Assembly: GCA_043825875.1 (NCBI GenBank)
Contig: JBDRRF010000102.1
Span: forward strand, 1 to 10,830
Direction of reading: 5' to 3'
Length of the DNA stretch: 10,830 nucleotides
Origin: Pseudomonadota bacterium
GTDB lineage: Bacteria > Desulfobacterota > Desulfobacteria > Desulfobacterales > RPRI01
The notes under the pieces are model-generated. The model was given only the letters and a program-made list of their open reading frames with translations. It was not told the DNA's origin and did no database searches. This document shows, piece after piece, positions 1 to 6,588 of this stretch. Both the position numbers and the translations under genes were made by a program. Numbering within the stretch: the first letter of the stretch is position 1; each line of letters begins with the position of its first letter.

Positions 1-2
1 CA

Positions 3-74
3 AATGTATGGTTTTGGTTGAGTGTTTTTCCTGGTTTTTGTGCTTATACCCTCTCAGGAGGTGTATTGGGCTAA
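3..74 (+). CDS. Probable 3' end of an upstream cassette ORF (...NVWFWLSVFPGFCAYTLSGGVLG*), partial
   Basis: Open frame from the window edge to TAA 72-74, just before the attC R'' box at 81; hydrophobic tail. Confidence 0.45.
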   Translation, partial: NVWFWLSVFPGFCAYTLSGGVLG

Positions 75-80
75 AACGGC

Positions 81-208
81 ACTTAACATCGCAGTGCAGT
101 CGACAGCCGGGGCCGGGGCGTTTTTGCACGTTTGTTCAAGACTTGTAAATCGATATCTTTTTAATATGTTGGTGGAGGCCCCGGCTGCCACTGACCGCAG
201 CGTTATGT
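81..208 (+). repeat. attC site 1 (128 bp)
   Basis: R'' ACTTAAC 81-87, R' GTTATGT 202-208; arms GCAGTGCAGTCGACAGCCGGGGCC / GGCCCCGGCTGCCACTGACCGC pair with extrahelical bases. Confidence 0.92.
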
Positions 209-241
209 GAACAATAAAATTTGGAAATAAGTGAATTGCAT

Positions 242-658
242 ATGAATAAATCAGAGTTAGAAAAACTGGTGGAAATCAGAGTACAAGAGGCAGATATACT
301 CTTGAAGTCAAAATGTTTTCAAGGTGCATATTATTTGATTGGATATGCGCTCGAATGTGCATTTAAAGCTTGTATTTCAAAACAAGTTAAAGCGTTTGAT
401 TTTCCAGATAAACAACTTGCAAATGCAAGCCACACCCATAAACTTTCTGAATTAGTTGGTGTGGCGGGATTAAAGCAAAAGTTGAATGAACAAGAAAAAC
501 AAGATGAAAATTTCAAATTAAATTGGGCAGTGGCTAAAGATTGGTCTGAAGTTTCCAGATATGAATGTATTGTCGAAGAAAATAAAGCAAATGATCTTTA
601 TAAAGCAACTACAGATAACGAATCAGGGATATTAGCATGGCTAAAGAAATATTGGTAA
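242..658 (+). CDS. HEPN-domain protein (cassette 1, gene A)
   Basis: HEPN-type pattern: 'EADILL...GAYYLIGYALECAFKA', 'HTHKLSEL', C-terminal 'WSEVSRY'. ATG 242 preferred over TTG 221 (same frame). Confidence 0.8.
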   Translation: MNKSELEKLVEIRVQEADILLKSKCFQGAYYLIGYALECAFKACISKQVKAFDFPDKQLANASHTHKLSELVGVAGLKQKLNEQEKQDENFKLNWAVAKDWSEVSRYECIVEENKANDLYKATTDNESGILAWLKKYW

Positions 659-1050
659 CAGAACTGCTCTCTGAGCAGATGGTTTCGGCAGGGGCTGATT
701 TATTAAAAAAGTTAGACGATTCTTCTTGTCGTGTTAAAGCTGCTTTTTGGATGTTTTTGCCTGAGGAAAAGACCTGGAAATTTATTTTAGCTTCGCCTCT
801 GGTAAAAGAAGAAGGGCCTAGAAAGTATTACAAACGTATAGTTGATGCGAGCAAGGATACAGGGACTGAGGATAATATTATTTCTTTAAATGATATTAGC
901 GTACTAAGTGTCGATGATCAACTCATTCAGTTACTCAAATTTGCTATATCAACTGGCGAATCGATTTCTAACATAAGGTTTTCAAAAAACACTATAAATG
1001 GCGTCTTTATCGACGACACTCACATTTACAGAATGAACGTCAACACATAA
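637..1050 (+). CDS. Hypothetical protein, overlapping partner of the HEPN gene (cassette 1, gene B)
   Basis: 137 aa; overlaps the HEPN gene by 22 nt; its stop TAA lies inside R'' ACATAAC. Alpha/beta pattern 'VKAAFWMF...WKFILASPLV..EGP'. Confidence 0.8.
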   Translation: MAKEILVTELLSEQMVSAGADLLKKLDDSSCRVKAAFWMFLPEEKTWKFILASPLVKEEGPRKYYKRIVDASKDTGTEDNIISLNDISVLSVDDQLIQLLKFAISTGESISNIRFSKNTINGVFIDDTHIYRMNVNT

Positions 1051-1172
1051 CAAAATAATTGAGCAGATGCCTAAAGCAGTTGCGTTTTGAAATGTTTTAC
1101 TATTTACAAATTTATTTAATGTTTTGATCATTTGTGCCATTTAACCGGCACTGCTCATTATTGGCGTTGGCG
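1045..1172 (+). repeat. attC site 2 (128 bp)
   Basis: R'' ACATAAC 1045-1051, R' GTTGGCG 1166-1172; arms AATAATTGAGCAGATGCC / GGCACTGCTCATTATT. Confidence 0.92.
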
Positions 1173-1180
1173 GAGAGAAA

Positions 1181-1639
1181 ATGAAACATTCCCGGAACAT
1201 CATCCGCATAGACCACGAGGCAAGCCGAACCTACGGATGGCGAGTTACGCTGCAACGAAAGGGCAAAATCATCGTCAAGACTTTCTCTGATGGCGTCTAT
1301 GGAGGAAAGCGAAAGGCATTGAAAGCAGCTGTGGAATATAGAAACTCACTTCTCCTTAAGCACTCGTCTTATGAACATCAAATTTGGGTCCGGGCTCGTC
1401 TTCGCAGAAACAATACATCTGGCATTCCTGGTGTTGGCCGATATGAGGTTCTCGCCAATCTCAACACTGGCCGCCGAGAAGCATTCTGGCTCGCTTCATG
1501 GACTAATGAAGATGGTGTCGGTCGTAAGCGAAAATTTTCCGTTTTGTGTTACGGCGAACGCCAAGCAAAACGACTTGCCATAGCAGAGCGTAACCGTCAG
1601 ACGTTACGTGTATGCGCTATCAAGTCTTCCAAGCCGTAA
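1181..1639 (+). CDS. AP2-domain DNA-binding protein with two AP2-like units (cassette 2)
   Basis: GGAGAG RBS; 'NNTSGIPGV' AP2 signature; two repeats of the type W-x-V/A...K-x-FS...YG...A..AA/LA...R; very basic. Confidence 0.8.
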   Translation: MKHSRNIIRIDHEASRTYGWRVTLQRKGKIIVKTFSDGVYGGKRKALKAAVEYRNSLLLKHSSYEHQIWVRARLRRNNTSGIPGVGRYEVLANLNTGRREAFWLASWTNEDGVGRKRKFSVLCYGERQAKRLAIAERNRQTLRVCAIKSSKP

Positions 1640-1725
1640 TGCCAACAAACGGGTCGAGCAGACTGGAACTCGTCACGTTTTTAAATGCTGTTTGGGTGGC
1701 CAGTCTGCTCACCCTTACGTTCGGC
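1640..1725 (+). repeat. attC site 3 (86 bp)
   Basis: R'' TGCCAAC 1640-1646, R' GTTCGGC 1719-1725; arms GGGTCGAGCAGACTGG / CCAGTCTGCTCACCC. Confidence 0.92.
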
Positions 1726-1749
1726 AACAAACGAAAGGAGCCATACATT

Positions 1750-2415
1750 ATGAGCAAGACATGTACTGACTGCGGCGCAGACTACGGATTGAATGAGCGT
1801 CGTTGTCCCAATTGCGGGAGCACCAATTTCGTCGGAGGGGCGTCGTCAGCAGACGACATTGACAAGCTTTTTGCTCAGTTTGACAGTGAATCCGTCCAAC
1901 TGACAAACCAAGGAACACGCGCCTTCAACAGCGGAAACTTCGATGAGGCAATCCGTTGCAGTAAGAAGGCAATCAAGTTAGATCCAAATGAAGCAAGAGC
2001 ATATGGGACACTCGGACTTGCCTTGGCGCAGAAGGGTAATACTGCCGAGGCAATAACCAACTTGGAGAAGGCGCTAAGCATTGACAGTTCCCTTGATCCG
2101 CTCAAGACAGTTCTAAGTCAATTGAAGGCCGCTGGCGGACAAGGTTCGACATCGGCGGCCGGACAAAAAGACGGTAGCGGGTGCTTTGTCGCCACGGCGT
2201 GCTACGGCTCGTACGAGGCGCCCGAGGTCAAGGCTCTGCGGGCGTTTCGAGACAAACGCTTGTTGCCGTCCCCCATAGGCGCGATCTTGGTGCGCGCTTA
2301 TTATCGCATCTCTCCGCCCATTGCAAGTGCATTGCGCTCTCGGCCTTGGGCAAGGCGACTTGTGAAACGGTTTCTAATTGATCCAGTCGTCATGATTGTA
2401 GGAACTAAACGGTAG
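1750..2415 (+). CDS. Zinc-ribbon + TPR + CFI-box-CTERM-like protein (cassette 3)
   Basis: AAGGAG RBS 1735-1740, ATG 1750 (ORF-track start 1612 lies upstream of the attC). CxxC...CPNCG ribbon; TPR 'FDEAIRCSKKAIKLDPNEARAYGTLG'; C-terminal 'GCFVATACYGSYEAPEVKALRAFRD...YYRISPPIA'. Confidence 0.85.
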   Translation: MSKTCTDCGADYGLNERRCPNCGSTNFVGGASSADDIDKLFAQFDSESVQLTNQGTRAFNSGNFDEAIRCSKKAIKLDPNEARAYGTLGLALAQKGNTAEAITNLEKALSIDSSLDPLKTVLSQLKAAGGQGSTSAAGQKDGSGCFVATACYGSYEAPEVKALRAFRDKRLLPSPIGAILVRAYYRISPPIASALRSRPWARRLVKRFLIDPVVMIVGTKR

Positions 2416-2421
2416 CAGTCT

Positions 2422-2838
2422 ATGCCGAACAAGGCGCTTCACTGGACGGGGATTCCGCTGCGCTCCATCCCGCCAGTGAGCTTGGTCGTTAACGAGATAA
2501 AAATAAATAAACACATTTCAATTATTACGAACTGTCAGGCACTTCAACCATACCTAAATTCTGATATTCCGGATGGAGTAAAAATTACTTCTCCTCCGCC
2601 TCGTGAAAAACGAGGACTTGATTTTAATATAACTGTCAATCTTGATATCCAGCTTGTGATTGATTTAACAAAAATAACAGCAACCGCTTTAGCTGCCTGG
2701 ATCGTAAAGAAATCACTTGCTATGAAAGGAAATCATCGCGTCAATATCAATGGTAAGCAAATTTCCGTTGATGGCCCCAAAGCCATAGATCTTATAACAA
2801 ATGAAATCGAGGAGAAAAAGAATGATCAGAATATATAA
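2422..2838 (+). CDS. Hypothetical protein (cassette 4); start uncertain
   Basis: Long open frame filling the cassette with protein-like composition. The only upstream in-frame ATG (2422) precedes the attC; inside the cassette 5' end only ATA/ATT codons occur (~2497-2525). Confidence 0.6.
   Translation: MPNKALHWTGIPLRSIPPVSLVVNEIKINKHISIITNCQALQPYLNSDIPDGVKITSPPPREKRGLDFNITVNLDIQLVIDLTKITATALAAWIVKKSLAMKGNHRVNINGKQISVDGPKAIDLITNEIEEKKNDQNI
2424..2494 (+). repeat. attC site 4 (71 bp)
   Basis: R'' GCCGAAC 2424-2430, R' GTTAACG 2488-2494; arms GCTTCACTGGACGGG / CCCGCCAGTGAGC. Confidence 0.92.
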
Positions 2839-2887
2839 TATTATTTTACTTTTTTTGCTCATAAATCACCAAATGTATTATATTTTT

Positions 2888-2974
2888 CGTTAACAAATCA
2901 ATTAACCCAACACCGAGTAAGTAACGTTTTCAATCCATTAACGGCGGCGGTGTGGGTTATTTCCACCGTTAGAA
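2888..2974 (+). repeat. attC site 5 (87 bp)
   Basis: R'' CGTTAAC 2888-2894, R' GTTAGAA 2968-2974; arms AATTAACCCAACACCG / CGGTGTGGGTTATT. Confidence 0.9.
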
Positions 2975-2982
2975 ATGATAGC

Positions 2983-3564
2983 ATGATAGAAATTCAGAAT
3001 TTCACAAGTGTAGATTTAGATGAGAGTGATCGTCCGCTGCCTATAGCTGCCGGTAGTCGCTATCAAAGCGATTATATGCAACTTGCTTTTGATGGCAAAG
3101 TTGTGATCCCAAAGATTTTAGGCTGCACTATTGAAGCCCAGTATAAAACTTCAACTGGCCACTACATCCTTTTCATTGAATTAGGTTGGGAGAACCTCTT
3201 GATTTATCTAATCGACGAAAGCTTTCAGTTATTGGAAAAAACTGGACTTAGCTACTCGACTTGCGATGGCTCCTTTGCTTTGCCAGAGACCGTAAATGAA
3301 AATACGGTTCACTTCACCTTTTACACTGACGAACGCTGGAGTCTGACATTTCATCCCCATAACAAGCGAATTAAAACACTCGATTTTGCAGTGATATATC
3401 CAGGCGATAGACCAGAGGGGACATTATGCCATTTGGAATTAGTCGAAGTTGTCCCCGGTTCTCATAGAAAGATTTCTAACCAGGGCTTGCAGGGGACGCG
3501 AAACAGCAATGTGCTGTCGCGTTTAATTCAGTGGGTCACAGCCTTTTTACCGTCGCGCCCCTAA
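2983..3564 (+). CDS. Hypothetical beta-rich protein (cassette 5); reads through its attC
   Basis: ATG 2983 is the first in-frame start inside the cassette; stop 3562-3564 lies in the right arm of attC 6. Confidence 0.7.
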   Translation: MIEIQNFTSVDLDESDRPLPIAAGSRYQSDYMQLAFDGKVVIPKILGCTIEAQYKTSTGHYILFIELGWENLLIYLIDESFQLLEKTGLSYSTCDGSFALPETVNENTVHFTFYTDERWSLTFHPHNKRIKTLDFAVIYPGDRPEGTLCHLELVEVVPGSHRKISNQGLQGTRNSNVLSRLIQWVTAFLPSRP

Positions 3565-3579
3565 AGCCCGTCGTTATCT
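3474..3579 (+). repeat. attC site 6 (106 bp)
   Basis: R'' TTCTAAC 3474-3480, R' GTTATCT 3573-3579; arms GGGCTTGCAGGGGACGCGA / TCGCGCCCCTAAAGCCC. Confidence 0.92.
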
Positions 3580-3623
3580 ATAATTAATTTAAACTTCAAT
3601 CCAAAATTAGTAGACAAGTCATT

Positions 3624-3974
3624 GTGAATGGTGAAAAGAAATTTCAGAAAATTTGGGACTTTGGAGCAAGAGGTATAATATCCATATTTTATGGGACAAC
3701 CTTTTTAATTCTATTTGTATTATTAGAAACTGGAATATTTATTATATCTAATTCCATTTTTGAAATTGATATAGTCCAAAAAATAGACTTATCGTATAAC
3801 CAAAACCCTATTGGTCTTATTGCGATATTATTTATTCTCTTAAATATTCTAACTATATTCATAGGATTGGCATTTGGGTTTATTGGCTCGAATCAAATTA
3901 TTGCATATTTAAATAAGTTGAAAAAACCACTATTTCAACTTTTGAAAAGAATCATGCCTAAAACAATAGAATAG
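3624..3974 (+). CDS. Hypothetical membrane protein, two predicted TM segments (cassette 6)
   Basis: 116-aa ORF filling the cassette; two long hydrophobic stretches; stop abuts R''. Confidence 0.7.
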   Translation: MNGEKKFQKIWDFGARGIISIFYGTTFLILFVLLETGIFIISNSIFEIDIVQKIDLSYNQNPIGLIAILFILLNILTIFIGLAFGFIGSNQIIAYLNKLKKPLFQLLKRIMPKTIE

Positions 3975-4031
3975 ATAACAAATCGCCGTTAGGGACGCAA
4001 AAACCCGCGCCCTAAGGCTCAAACGTTATGT
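3973..4031 (+). repeat. attC site 7 (59 bp)
   Basis: R'' AGATAAC 3973-3979, R' GTTATGT 4025-4031; arms GCCGTTAGGGACGC / GCGCCCTAAGGC. Confidence 0.92.
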
Positions 4032-4061
4032 TTGACTTATAAATTTAAATAACCACTAAAA

Positions 4062-4553
4062 ATGAAAACATACTGTATATCAAAAGAAATTAGAGGACTA
4101 ATATTGTTCTCTGCAATTGTATCGACATTATATTTACTTTTTGGGGGCACCCTCCGCCGAGAGCTTGTGTTTATAATAGCTATATTATCTTGGGGCAGTT
4201 TTTTATTTCAAACTTACAAGATCGAAATAATAGATGATAAAACAATCCGGTTTAAAAAAATTATAAGGACGATTGAAGTTAAGATCGAAGACATAATTTT
4301 GCTGTCAGAACATTGGAAATACGACATCATCCATTACAAGGGTGGAAAAGTATACATAGATCCTTTTACAGATAATTTACAGAGATTAAAATCTACATTA
4401 AATAATTTAAATCCAAAAATCGATTTTAAGGACGCTGTACTTGAAAATCCTATTAAAACGGGAAGTCCTTTAGGATTATTTTTATCTTTTGTTTTGATAT
4501 TAATCTTCTGGGGTATCGTATTGTATTATACGATAACCAGATTGTTTTTATGA
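4062..4553 (+). CDS. Hypothetical membrane protein (2 TM + possible bacterial PH-like beta domain + C-terminal TM) (cassette 7)
   Basis: Hydrophobic N-terminal pair, then 'YKIEIIDDKTIRFKKIIRTIEVKIEDI' beta pattern, then a C-terminal hydrophobic helix. Confidence 0.7.
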   Translation: MKTYCISKEIRGLILFSAIVSTLYLLFGGTLRRELVFIIAILSWGSFLFQTYKIEIIDDKTIRFKKIIRTIEVKIEDIILLSEHWKYDIIHYKGGKVYIDPFTDNLQRLKSTLNNLNPKIDFKDAVLENPIKTGSPLGLFLSFVLILIFWGIVLYYTITRLFL

Positions 4554-4564
4554 TCCACATTAAA

Positions 4565-4669
4565 ACATAACATCCGCCTGGAGTAGACGGCTGGAAAATC
4601 GCGATTTATCGTAAAATGCTGTGGTAGTCCGACCTATGTCAGGGCCGCCACTCAGGCGGGGCGTTATAC
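4565..4669 (+). repeat. attC site 8 (105 bp)
   Basis: R'' ACATAAC 4565-4571, R' GTTATAC 4663-4669; arms CCGCCTGGAGTAGACGGC / GCCGCCACTCAGGCGG. Confidence 0.92.
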
Positions 4670-4678
4670 GTCAAAAAA

Positions 4679-5074
4679 ATGAATACTGAAGCCGCAGAAA
4701 TACTAGCCAGCGCATTAGAACAAGATGCCTCTGACCAAGAATCGGGGAAAATCAAAGACCTTGGTATGAGGTATGATGAAGTTGAAAATCAATTGCTACC
4801 GATCGAAGAAGATATAAACAAACCAATATACGGCCTGGCCTTCATTTTCTGGGACGACTGGTGTGATGCCGCAAATCATGAATGGCAATATCATGAACCC
4901 ATAAAACCAAATGAGTGGCCGATATTCGCGAGAGAAATAGCTGCTTCATTGCGCGCGGGTGTACTACCAACAAACCCAAAAATTATTGAAAATTTTTACC
5001 CGAAACCAAAGGTAAGTCTATTCAACAGAATTAAGGCATGGTTTTCAGAGAGTAATAACAAGAAAAACGTATAA
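4679..5074 (+). CDS. Hypothetical acidic helical protein (cassette 8)
   Basis: 131-aa ORF; stop TAA inside R'' GTATAAC; 'FWDDWCDAANHEW' motif; no family recognised. Confidence 0.75.
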   Translation: MNTEAAEILASALEQDASDQESGKIKDLGMRYDEVENQLLPIEEDINKPIYGLAFIFWDDWCDAANHEWQYHEPIKPNEWPIFAREIAASLRAGVLPTNPKIIENFYPKPKVSLFNRIKAWFSESNNKKNV

Positions 5075-5137
5075 CAAAAAAATCAAGCGGGACTGTAAAA
5101 CCTGCGGTTTTTCAGCCCCTTATTTTAAACGTTATGT
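5069..5137 (+). repeat. attC site 9 (69 bp)
   Basis: R'' GTATAAC 5069-5075, R' GTTATGT 5131-5137; arms AAAATCAAGCGGGACTG / CAGCCCCTTATTTT. Confidence 0.9.
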
Positions 5138-5156
5138 TTGAACGGGTTATAGAAGA

Positions 5157-5561
5157 ATGACAAAAAATAAAATCATTTGGCTAATATCGATAGTCCTTAT
5201 ACTTAATGGTATCTATCAGATTTATGCGAATTTAAATATGCTATGGATTTCCAACGGTACACATTTAATTCTTAATTTTTTATGTGCATTTGGCCTTTTA
5301 TTTGAAAAATCATGGTCTCAGCATTACGTATATGTTTTGTCTTTCTTTTCAATAGGAGGCTGGTTTGATGGCGTTATCAATGTTTATAGAAATGGGTGGC
5401 CCTATAGTACAATCGAAGAGTCGATTATTTCATTAATCCCTGGCTTATGTTTAATAGCAGGGTGGTTTTTATTATCTGTATATACAGTAAGACTGAAAAG
5501 AATGAAAAGGGACAGGCAAATTATGCTTGACACTCCCATTGCTTGTGCTAAAGAAGCATGA
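5157..5561 (+). CDS. Hypothetical 4-TM membrane protein (cassette 9; attC missing, C-terminus possibly foreign)
   Basis: Four hydrophobic segments; no cognate ACATAAC R'' box found downstream; last codons overlap the transposase leader. Confidence 0.7.
   Translation: MTKNKIIWLISIVLILNGIYQIYANLNMLWISNGTHLILNFLCAFGLLFEKSWSQHYVYVLSFFSIGGWFDGVINVYRNGWPYSTIEESIISLIPGLCLIAGWFLLSVYTVRLKRMKRDRQIMLDTPIACAKEA
5527..5554 (+). promoter_or_regulatory. Possible sigma70 promoter of the transposase
   Basis: TTGACA 5527-5532, 16-bp spacer ending TGC, weak -10 TAAAGA; AGGAG RBS before ATG 5590. Confidence 0.35.
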
Positions 5562-5589
5562 AAACTAATTTATAAACTCAGGAGTTCAT

Positions 5590-6525
5590 ATGCCAAGAAT
5601 CGCAAGAATGATAGTACCTGATCAAAAAGCCGTATATCATGTGATGTCACGAACCGCTTTGGATGGGTATCCGTTTAGTGATGTTGATAAAGATAAACTT
5701 GTTGATATCATCAAACATCTGAGCAAAATTTATTTTACCGATATTCTTGGTTATTGCATCATGGGCAATCATTTCCATTTGTTGGTTCGGATGTTTCCTG
5801 AAACATATAAAAGTGATGAAGAAGTAAAGAAACGCTATATTCTTTATTACGGCGATGATAAATGCTTTTCCGTCGAGTCCATTTCCAGATACAGAACAAA
5901 ATGGTCCAGCCTGTCCGAGTTTATGCGTGAGATAAAACAAACTTTTTCAAGAAATTTTAATAAACACCGTAATCGCAAAGGAACTCTCTGGGCGGATCGG
6001 TATAAGAGCGTAATTGTTGAAAACGGCAACACCCTTATCCATTGTCTGGCATATATTGATTTAAATCCAGTACGTGCCGGAATAGTAGAAAAGCCTGAAG
6101 ATTACCGTTGGAACTCAATCGGCTACCATATGCAAACCGGCAACAAAGACAAATTTCTGTCCTGGGATTTCGGTTTAAAAGAATTCGGAATATTAGATAA
6201 TAAAAAGCGGCTGGTCAGATACAGAAAATATGTCTATGAAGCCGGGGCAATTGACAGGTCTGAACAAAAAAACAGAAAGACTATTCCTGCCGGCATCTTG
6301 AATAAAGAACGAAAGCGGTCATATGAGATATGCCGCATGGATAGGTTTCTTTCCCGCACCCGTTATTTTACGGATTCGGGTATTATAGGCAGCAAAGCAT
6401 TTGTAACCGGTTTATACCTGCAATTTAAATCTTATTTCATTTCAGTTAATGAAAAAACACCCAAAAGCATCACCGGCCTTGATGGCATATATTCTCTTAA
6501 GCGGCTTACAGATAATATATCCTGA
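5590..6525 (+). CDS. HUH/Y1 transposase, REP-associated tyrosine transposase (RAYT)-like, IS200/IS605 superfamily
   Basis: 'MPRIAR...YHVMSR', HUH 'YCIMGNHFHLL', 'GTLWADRYKS', catalytic Tyr helix 'YIDLNPVRAGIVEKPEDYRWNS'; intact 311 aa with C-terminal extension. Confidence 0.92.
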   Translation: MPRIARMIVPDQKAVYHVMSRTALDGYPFSDVDKDKLVDIIKHLSKIYFTDILGYCIMGNHFHLLVRMFPETYKSDEEVKKRYILYYGDDKCFSVESISRYRTKWSSLSEFMREIKQTFSRNFNKHRNRKGTLWADRYKSVIVENGNTLIHCLAYIDLNPVRAGIVEKPEDYRWNSIGYHMQTGNKDKFLSWDFGLKEFGILDNKKRLVRYRKYVYEAGAIDRSEQKNRKTIPAGILNKERKRSYEICRMDRFLSRTRYFTDSGIIGSKAFVTGLYLQFKSYFISVNEKTPKSITGLDGIYSLKRLTDNIS

Positions 6526-6588
6526 ATCGCTCTGCCGTTTCCAAAGCTTTCACCTTAGCACAGAGTTTCATAGATTTGGTTACGTATT

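Larger units (their letters stand above)
81..5510 (+). mobile_element. Integron gene-cassette array, distal end (no integrase in window; CALIN or tail of a larger integron)
   Basis: Nine imperfect palindromes, each opening with an xxxxAAC box at or just after an ORF end and closing with a GTTxxxx box just before the next ORF. All cassette ORFs are co-oriented. Cassette limits (G|TT): 203-1166, 1167-1719, 1720-2488, 2489-2968, 2969-3573, 3574-4025, 4026-4663, 4664-5131, 5132-~5510 (truncated). Confidence 0.95.

Noticed and set aside
22..210. 62-aa ORF
   Set aside because: Runs through attC 1; most likely a by-product of the GC-rich palindrome.
1612..1749. N-terminal extension of the TPR ORF
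   Set aside because: Overlaps the AP2 gene and spans attC 3; a strong RBS supports ATG 1750.
331..2381. Nested or antisense ORFs 331-516, 1371-1583, 1875-2105, 2181-2381
   Set aside because: Shadow frames within better-supported genes; no motifs.
2950..2982. GTG start of the cassette 5 ORF
   Set aside because: Lies inside attC 5; ATG 2983 is within the cassette.
81..5137. CRISPR array or rho-independent terminator interpretation of the intergenic palindromes
   Set aside because: Repeats are non-identical, separated by whole genes, lack U-tracts, and carry AAC/GTT boxes.
5910..5919. GCCTGTCC complementary to GGACAGGC at 5510
   Set aside because: An 8-nt match inside coding sequence; likely chance.
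5647..6032. Antisense ORFs in the transposase
   Set aside because: Shadows of a well-conserved gene.
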